Part shown: piece after piece, positions 58,168-64,000 of the stretch | How the letters are laid out: each line of letters opens with the position of its first letter | Numbering within the stretch: position 1 is the first letter of the stretch | Source of the DNA: an uncultured virus (IMG/VR IMGVR_UViG_3300000304_000038) | Taxonomy: Duplodnaviria > Heunggongvirae > Uroviricota > Caudoviricetes | Virus record (IMG/VR): IMGVR_UViG_3300000304_000038 | Reading direction: 5' to 3' (one strand) | Length of the DNA: 64,000 nt | Position numbers and translations under genes: made by a program | Notes under the pieces: model-generated | Databases searched by the model: none | Told to the model about the DNA's origin: nothing | The model's input: only the letters and a program-made list of their open reading frames with translations

Positions 58168-61100
58168 ATATCTAAGTATAGTAATACCGTAGAGTATAAT
58201 CTGCGGACCAAGGTAGACACATCTGGAGTCATTCAGCTCCAAAGACAGTTTGCGGCGCTCAATACCGAGATTGCAAAACTAAGTTCTCAAAAACTTATAG
58301 ACGAGAAACAAGTTTCGCAAGCTAGAAGCGCTATTGACAAAATTCAAACCGCATTGAGTTCTTCTTTCAACTCTACTCTTGGTGTTTTTGATTTGTCTAG
58401 ATTCCAAAAGTCTTTAGATGGATTATCTTTGGGAAATCTACAAAAGACTCTTTCTAGTGTTCCAAACGGTACCAAAGCATTCAATAATATGCTTGGTACT
58501 ATTGGACAAATTGACACTCAATTCAAGAGTATTTCTTCTACGACTGACAAAATATTCAATACGTTTGGTAATACTGTGCGTTGGGGTATCACTGCAAGTA
58601 TTTTCCAATCTATGCAAAATGATTTATATAGAGCGGTAGAATATGTTCAAGAGTTGGATACTTCTCTGAATAATATTCGTATTGTGTCTGGGCAATCTGC
58701 TCAGCAGATGCGAGATTTCTCTCTATACGCAAATCAAGCCGCACAGAATCTAGGGCAGACCACTACTGCTTTTACAGATGCTGCACTTATCTTTATCCAG
58801 CAAGGTCTTGATACGGAGACTTCTAACTACCTCGCAGATCTAACGCTACGGATGGCAAACGTAACCCAACAGGATACAGCTACCGCTTCTGAGCAGATTA
58901 CATCCATTATGAATGGTTATAATATGTCGCTAGAAGAGACTAGTCAAGCAATCGACTCTTTAGCAAATGTGGCTGCGTTAGGTGCATCTGATATGGAAGA
59001 GTTGGCAACTGCTGAATCTCGTGTAGCTGCTACTGCTTCCACTCTTGGAGTTAGTCAAGAGCAACTTGCCGCACAGATTTCTACGATTATTTCTGTCACT
59101 CGTCAGGCTCCTGAGACTGTTGGTAATGCTTTACGAAGTATTTATTCTCGTATGGCTGATCTCAAATTGGGAGACACTCTAGAGGATGGTGTTGATCTAG
59201 GCCGTTTTTCCAGTGTGGTAGAAAGTGTTGGTGTAGAGGTGCTTGATGCAACAGGCAATCTCCGTAACATGGGTGATATCATAGAGGATTTGATGGTAAA
59301 ATGGCAAGACCTTTCTTCTGCACAACAGATTTCTATTGGTACGACTCTTGCTGGTAGATATCAATTGAACCCATTCCTAACTCTTATGAATAATATGGAG
59401 ATGTATAATCAGCAGCTTGAAGTCGCTACTGATTCTGCTGGTACTCTAGATAAACAGCAAGCAATCTATATGGATTCTATGGCCGCAAAACTCAATCAAC
59501 TAACGGCAGCGAGTGAAGGATTCATCAGTACACTTTTCAATCCTGATGATTGGAAGCCGGGAATTGAAATGGCTACTGATTTTGTTCAGTTGCTTACTGA
59601 TATGGTTGATTCTATTGGAGGATTGACTCCTCTTCTTACCGGTCTTGGGGCTATTCTTGCCAAAGTATTTAGTAATAATATTTCTGCGGGTATTACAAAT
59701 ATCTTACAAAATAGAGCGGGTCAGGAGATTAGTTCTAATAATGAGCGAGTAATGAGAGAAATGCTTGCTGCTGGGGCTTCTTCTGCGGCTGGAAATTTGG
59801 AAGATAATAAACTCTATTCTATGCTTTCTAACTCTGTTGATGTCAGAGGTGTAATGACGAGTGACCAGCAAGATCAATTCAATGAGGCTGTAAAGAATCT
59901 TACGGAGCTTGAGAATCAATATCAGGATGCAGTTTTACAAACTACTGCCGCAGAGGAGGAGTATAACAAAGTTCTTCTTGAACAAAATGAATTATTGAGA
60001 CAAAAAGGCGTCCAACTAAAAGATAGTAAAGATGTAGACCAAAAGGCTACGGCTCAAGAGCTTAGAGATACGGCTAAGACTTATGAAGAAATGGGCAATG
60101 CTTTGAATTTTGCGCATGAGGAGATGGGCAAGAGACTTTCTGGTGGAAAAGGTTCAAGTAATAAGACTATCGAAACCATATATGAAGATTTGGTCGGACA
60201 ACTTGGTACCAATTTAGGCGGAAATATTGGTCAGTCTGGTGCTATCAATAAAGCTTATGCAGAATATCTGAACGCGGCCAGAAGTGGTACTAGTGATTTG
60301 TCTAAAGAGACAGAGAGACTTATGTCTCTAATTGAAAAGTTGGGTGAAAGTTATTACGATACTGCCAATAAAGCTAGAGATGGTCTAGATGCTCTTCAAC
60401 AAAGAGAAAAAGTTCTAACAGGCCAAGAAGCAAAAGTTTCTGAAGCAAAACAAAATCAGAAAAATGCAGATACGTTGAGAAGTAATACTGCGGGAAATAT
60501 TCAAAGATATATGATAGACCCCTTGGAGATTCAAAAGAATAGAACTGCTATTATACAGATGGCTGGTGCTGTTGGCGAGTTAGCTTTTGCATGGCAGAGT
60601 TTCCAAAATCTTGGCTCTATTTTTGTTGATGAAGATTTAGATACAGGTGAAAAGCTTTTACAAATTCTTATGAATTTAGCTTTTGTGTTGCCTTCTCTTA
60701 TCAACGGATTCCAAACTTTAGAAAAAACACTAAAAACTTTGAAAGTTCTACAAGAAGGAGAGAGTCTTCTCTCTATGGTAGGAGCTATCAAAACTGCTAC
60801 TTCTGCCGGAGAAAAGCTTAGTGGAGTTATTACTCTAATAGGAAATGCTATTGGGGCACTTAGGAATGGCGTGATAAAGCTGATAGCTTCTGCTGGTCCT
60901 GTTGGATGGGTTATAGGTGGTATTGCAGCTATCGCGGTGGGTCTTTCTGCTGCGGCGGCTCAAGCAGAACAAGAAGCTCAAAAAATCAAAGATGCAGCGA
61001 CAGAATCACAATCTTCCTATGATAGTATAGTCTCAGCTCAAAGTCAATTTGAGACAGTGTATCAGTCCTATAAAGAGGGTGCGGCTACTGTTGACGAGCT

Positions 61101-64000
61101 AAAAGAGGCCGCAGACTCTTTGAATTCTGTTATGAACGACCAGACGCTTGTAACTCAATCTGCGGCTGGACAGTGGGATGCGTATGCGGCAAGTGTTGAA
61201 GCTGCAATGCAAGCTGAAGCTAAACAGAATTATCAAGCTCAGATGCGTGCTATGGACCAATATACGAAAGAGTATACTGGTGGTTTTATAGACGAGAATA
61301 CAGAGTATACTCCTATCGTAGGAACTAACTCTGTAGAACTTGGTAATATATATAATGAACTTGATGCGATGAATGATGTTACGTCATTTGCTCAATATGG
61401 CTTTGGAAGTCGCTCTGGACAGTTTGCTTATACTCCGGGTGCGGATATTGCTACTGCTATACAAGATTTTGAAAAAATGGAAGAGGCTTACGGCGAAGCT
61501 ATTGAAGATGCGCAGCAAAAGGTAGAAGAAGCCACGGAAGGAACTACAGAGTATACGATGGCTAGTGCCCAATTGGCAACGCTACAAGAACATCTAGCTA
61601 ATCTTCAAGACCTACGTGCCACAAGGGCAGAAGAAGAGGCTGCTTTTACCGAGGCCCAACAATCTGCTATGAGTTCTTATCTTCTTAGTGGAGAAGATGC
61701 AGATGAACTAGCATATAAGACTGGTGAGAGTATTGATGAATATCGTAGTCGTATTACTCCTATTCTTGAGAATGCTGGTTTTACTGTTACAGATGATTTG
61801 TTTGATTCTTTTATGGCTGGAATCGATTCTGCTGATATAGCAAATAAAGACGAATTGATAGCTCAAAATTCCAGAGAGATAGCTGAGAATAATTTTAGAG
61901 AACAATTTTCTGATAAATTACAACAGGAGCCTGATTTTGTTGATAATTCATCACTTGTGCAACAATTAGCTGAGCAAGGCATAGATACTCAAAAATATGG
62001 TGAACAAATCAATGATTTGCTTATTGATTCTATTATTCAACAAGTCAATAATTCTTCTTTGACCGAAGAACAACAAGCCGAATTACTTTCTAATATAGAT
62101 TGGACAGACCCAATAGAAAATATTCTTGGTAATGTTGCTAAGAGTATTGAAACTGGTTCTGTAGATTATATTTCTGCTTCTAATGTTGAGGACGATAGTA
62201 GCGAACGTCAAGCCACTCTTACCGAATTCGATATTAGTGATGAAACTTTTGATTCGTATAGAGAGTTAGTAGAAACGGAATCTGCTTTAGCTGAAACTAA
62301 TCAGGAAGTTACTGATAGTATAGAAAAAGCTAAACAAGAGTTTGGAGAGAATTCTGAAGAAGTCAAAAATCTACAAAAAGGATATGAAGATATTGATGAT
62401 ATTAGTGATGATTTAGCTACCGATTTGATTAGAACTCAAAAAGGTGTGGATAAATTATCTGAATCTTTTGAAGAAAATTATGATATATTGAGTAGAGGAG
62501 ATAAAACATCTCTTGAATACGCAGAAGCATTAGCAGAGACTAAAGATGCTTTAGCGGATGTCCTCAACGTCTCGTCTGAAGATATTTCTAATGATTTTAT
62601 CGCAAATCATCTTGAGGATATCCAATCTTTGGTCAATGGAGATGTCGAGGCTCTTGATAGATTGCGAATTGCGGCTGGGCAAGAATATGTCCTTGAACTA
62701 AATCAAACGGGGAATCTTAGTGACGAAAATCTAAATTATTTACAGCAAAAGATAACAGAAATTGGTGGTATGCAGATAGAAGTCGGGGCTAGTATCAACG
62801 ACCAAGCTTTTGTTGATTCTCTCAATAATATGTTACTCAATGGAGAACTTACTAAAGACCAAGTAAATACTATGCTCAATATGATTGGTGTTGAGCCTAA
62901 TTTTACTACGGTACCGCATGAAACTACTTTGTTCTCTACAGAGGGAATGTCTATTAGTGGAGATATCTTTGGTATTCCTTATGATATTGATTTACCATCT
63001 TTTACTATCACTGGTATGGTTGATGTTCCGCAAATCACTCCTGCTGAAGGTAGCGGTGGAACAGGTTTATATAAAAAAGCTACCAGCTATAACGGTGGGA
63101 GAGGCTTTTCTGCGCCTAAATCCAGTGGAGGCGGCGGCGGAGGCGGCGGTCGAAAAGGCGGCGGTGGCGGCGGAGGAGGTTCTGGTTCTGGCAAGTCTTA
63201 TGAGCCAAAGACCAAAGACCCCGTAGAAGACGAGCTTGACCGTTATGAGAGAGTTGATACAGAACTCGATGCTCTTGGAAATGATTTTGAAAAGATTGCA
63301 GATGAACAAGACAGACTTCTAGGAGACGATTTAGCCAAGAATATGACTAAGCAAATCGAACTTCTCAAAGAACAAATCTATTGGCAGCAACAGAAGCTTG
63401 AAATCCAAAAAGACGAGGCTGCGGAATACCGCAATCAGTTATCCTCTCAGTATGGTGTGACTTTCAACGACGAAGGCTTCATTACGAACTATGCTGATAG
63501 ATATAAAGCTTATCTCAATAATCTCAACAATCTTATCAATCAGTACAACTCAACAACTACTGAGGCCGGACAAGAGGCTCTCGATAAGCAAATCGAAGAT
63601 GCACAAGAGGCGTTTGATAAGTTCAATGAGTTGATTGATAACTACGATGATTTGATTTCCAACCAAATCAAAGATTCTGAGGCTCAAATCGAGTCTTTCT
63701 ACGACCAGATAGAAGACCTCCAGATTGAGGCTTTCAATAGAGTTGTTGAGACTGTAGATAATATCAAGGAAATCCAAGAGACTCTTGTGGACTTCAACGC
63801 GGTTTTTTCCGGCTTGGACTCCGATTCTCCGTTCAGAGAGATGGCTACTAGCCTAGAGAAGCTGAAGAAATACTGGGATGTTGGCAAAGAATCTATGGAA
63901 GATTACTATGACTCTCTTATCGCCAAGAATAACGAAGCTCTGAAGAGAACCGATTTGTCGGAAGCACAGAGAAACTGGCTACAGTATCAGAACGAAGTGC
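58168..64000 (+). CDS. tape measure protein (partial, runs off the window, more than 1900 aa)
   Basis: Open frame absent from the ORF track, consistent with no stop in the window; TP901-type core (ELDTSLNNIRIVSG...VTRQAPETVGNALRSIYSR), Ala/Gly-rich helices; start ATA 58168 or GTG 58159. Confidence 0.85.
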   Translation, partial: MSKYSNTVEYNLRTKVDTSGVIQLQRQFAALNTEIAKLSSQKLIDEKQVSQARSAIDKIQTALSSSFNSTLGVFDLSRFQKSLDGLSLGNLQKTLSSVPNGTKAFNNMLGTIGQIDTQFKSISSTTDKIFNTFGNTVRWGITASIFQSMQNDLYRAVEYVQELDTSLNNIRIVSGQSAQQMRDFSLYANQAAQNLGQTTTAFTDAALIFIQQGLDTETSNYLADLTLRMANVTQQDTATASEQITSIMNGYNMSLEETSQAIDSLANVAALGASDMEELATAESRVAATASTLGVSQEQLAAQISTIISVTRQAPETVGNALRSIYSRMADLKLGDTLEDGVDLGRFSSVVESVGVEVLDATGNLRNMGDIIEDLMVKWQDLSSAQQISIGTTLAGRYQLNPFLTLMNNMEMYNQQLEVATDSAGTLDKQQAIYMDSMAAKLNQLTAASEGFISTLFNPDDWKPGIEMATDFVQLLTDMVDSIGGLTPLLTGLGAILAKVFSNNISAGITNILQNRAGQEISSNNERVMREMLAAGASSAAGNLEDNKLYSMLSNSVDVRGVMTSDQQDQFNEAVKNLTELENQYQDAVLQTTAAEEEYNKVLLEQNELLRQKGVQLKDSKDVDQKATAQELRDTAKTYEEMGNALNFAHEEMGKRLSGGKGSSNKTIETIYEDLVGQLGTNLGGNIGQSGAINKAYAEYLNAARSGTSDLSKETERLMSLIEKLGESYYDTANKARDGLDALQQREKVLTGQEAKVSEAKQNQKNADTLRSNTAGNIQRYMIDPLEIQKNRTAIIQMAGAVGELAFAWQSFQNLGSIFVDEDLDTGEKLLQILMNLAFVLPSLINGFQTLEKTLKTLKVLQEGESLLSMVGAIKTATSAGEKLSGVITLIGNAIGALRNGVIKLIASAGPVGWVIGGIAAIAVGLSAAAAQAEQEAQKIKDAATESQSSYDSIVSAQSQFETVYQSYKEGAATVDELKEAADSLNSVMNDQTLVTQSAAGQWDAYAASVEAAMQAEAKQNYQAQMRAMDQYTKEYTGGFIDENTEYTPIVGTNSVELGNIYNELDAMNDVTSFAQYGFGSRSGQFAYTPGADIATAIQDFEKMEEAYGEAIEDAQQKVEEATEGTTEYTMASAQLATLQEHLANLQDLRATRAEEEAAFTEAQQSAMSSYLLSGEDADELAYKTGESIDEYRSRITPILENAGFTVTDDLFDSFMAGIDSADIANKDELIAQNSREIAENNFREQFSDKLQQEPDFVDNSSLVQQLAEQGIDTQKYGEQINDLLIDSIIQQVNNSSLTEEQQAELLSNIDWTDPIENILGNVAKSIETGSVDYISASNVEDDSSERQATLTEFDISDETFDSYRELVETESALAETNQEVTDSIEKAKQEFGENSEEVKNLQKGYEDIDDISDDLATDLIRTQKGVDKLSESFEENYDILSRGDKTSLEYAEALAETKDALADVLNVSSEDISNDFIANHLEDIQSLVNGDVEALDRLRIAAGQEYVLELNQTGNLSDENLNYLQQKITEIGGMQIEVGASINDQAFVDSLNNMLLNGELTKDQVNTMLNMIGVEPNFTTVPHETTLFSTEGMSISGDIFGIPYDIDLPSFTITGMVDVPQITPAEGSGGTGLYKKATSYNGGRGFSAPKSSGGGGGGGGRKGGGGGGGGSGSGKSYEPKTKDPVEDELDRYERVDTELDALGNDFEKIADEQDRLLGDDLAKNMTKQIELLKEQIYWQQQKLEIQKDEAAEYRNQLSSQYGVTFNDEGFITNYADRYKAYLNNLNNLINQYNSTTTEAGQEALDKQIEDAQEAFDKFNELIDNYDDLISNQIKDSEAQIESFYDQIEDLQIEAFNRVVETVDNIKEIQETLVDFNAVFSGLDSDSPFREMATSLEKLKKYWDVGKESMEDYYDSLIAKNNEALKRTDLSEAQRNWLQYQNEV

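Noticed and set aside
58418..63887. Short ORFs listed in the track across 58-64 kb
   Set aside because: Off-frame or antisense to the single tape measure ORF, which has no stop in the window

Overview
A 64 kb segment of a large tailed (siphovirus-like) phage, probably of a Gram-positive gut anaerobe. The short-variable-arm tRNA-Leu hints at an Actinomycetota host (inference). The left part (1-25 kb) is mostly minus-strand accessory genes behind near-consensus sigma-70-type promoters. It includes an RNA-maintenance set: a Ro60/TROVE gene directly preceded by four Y-RNA-like units (two with circularly permuted tRNA-like domains), a fifth unit 11 kb away beside an aberrant tRNA-Asn, an Rnl2-type RNA ligase, a kinase-like gene and a metallophosphoesterase. 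It also holds a GrcA-like glycyl-radical spare part and an intron-containing tRNA-Leu(CAA) embedded in a larger ornate RNA. The 25.4-35.6 kb region is compositionally distinct, with short genes, six LexA-box-like sites, a repeat cluster and a second structured ncRNA candidate. The 35.8-64 kb region is the plus-strand morphogenesis operon: terminase split by three group I introns, portal, protease/scaffold, major capsid with an in-frame UGA-readthrough extension, head-tail genes, major tail protein split by three group I introns (with an 18-nt micro-exon), and a tape measure gene running off the window. All calls were made by eye from the sequence; no searches were run.
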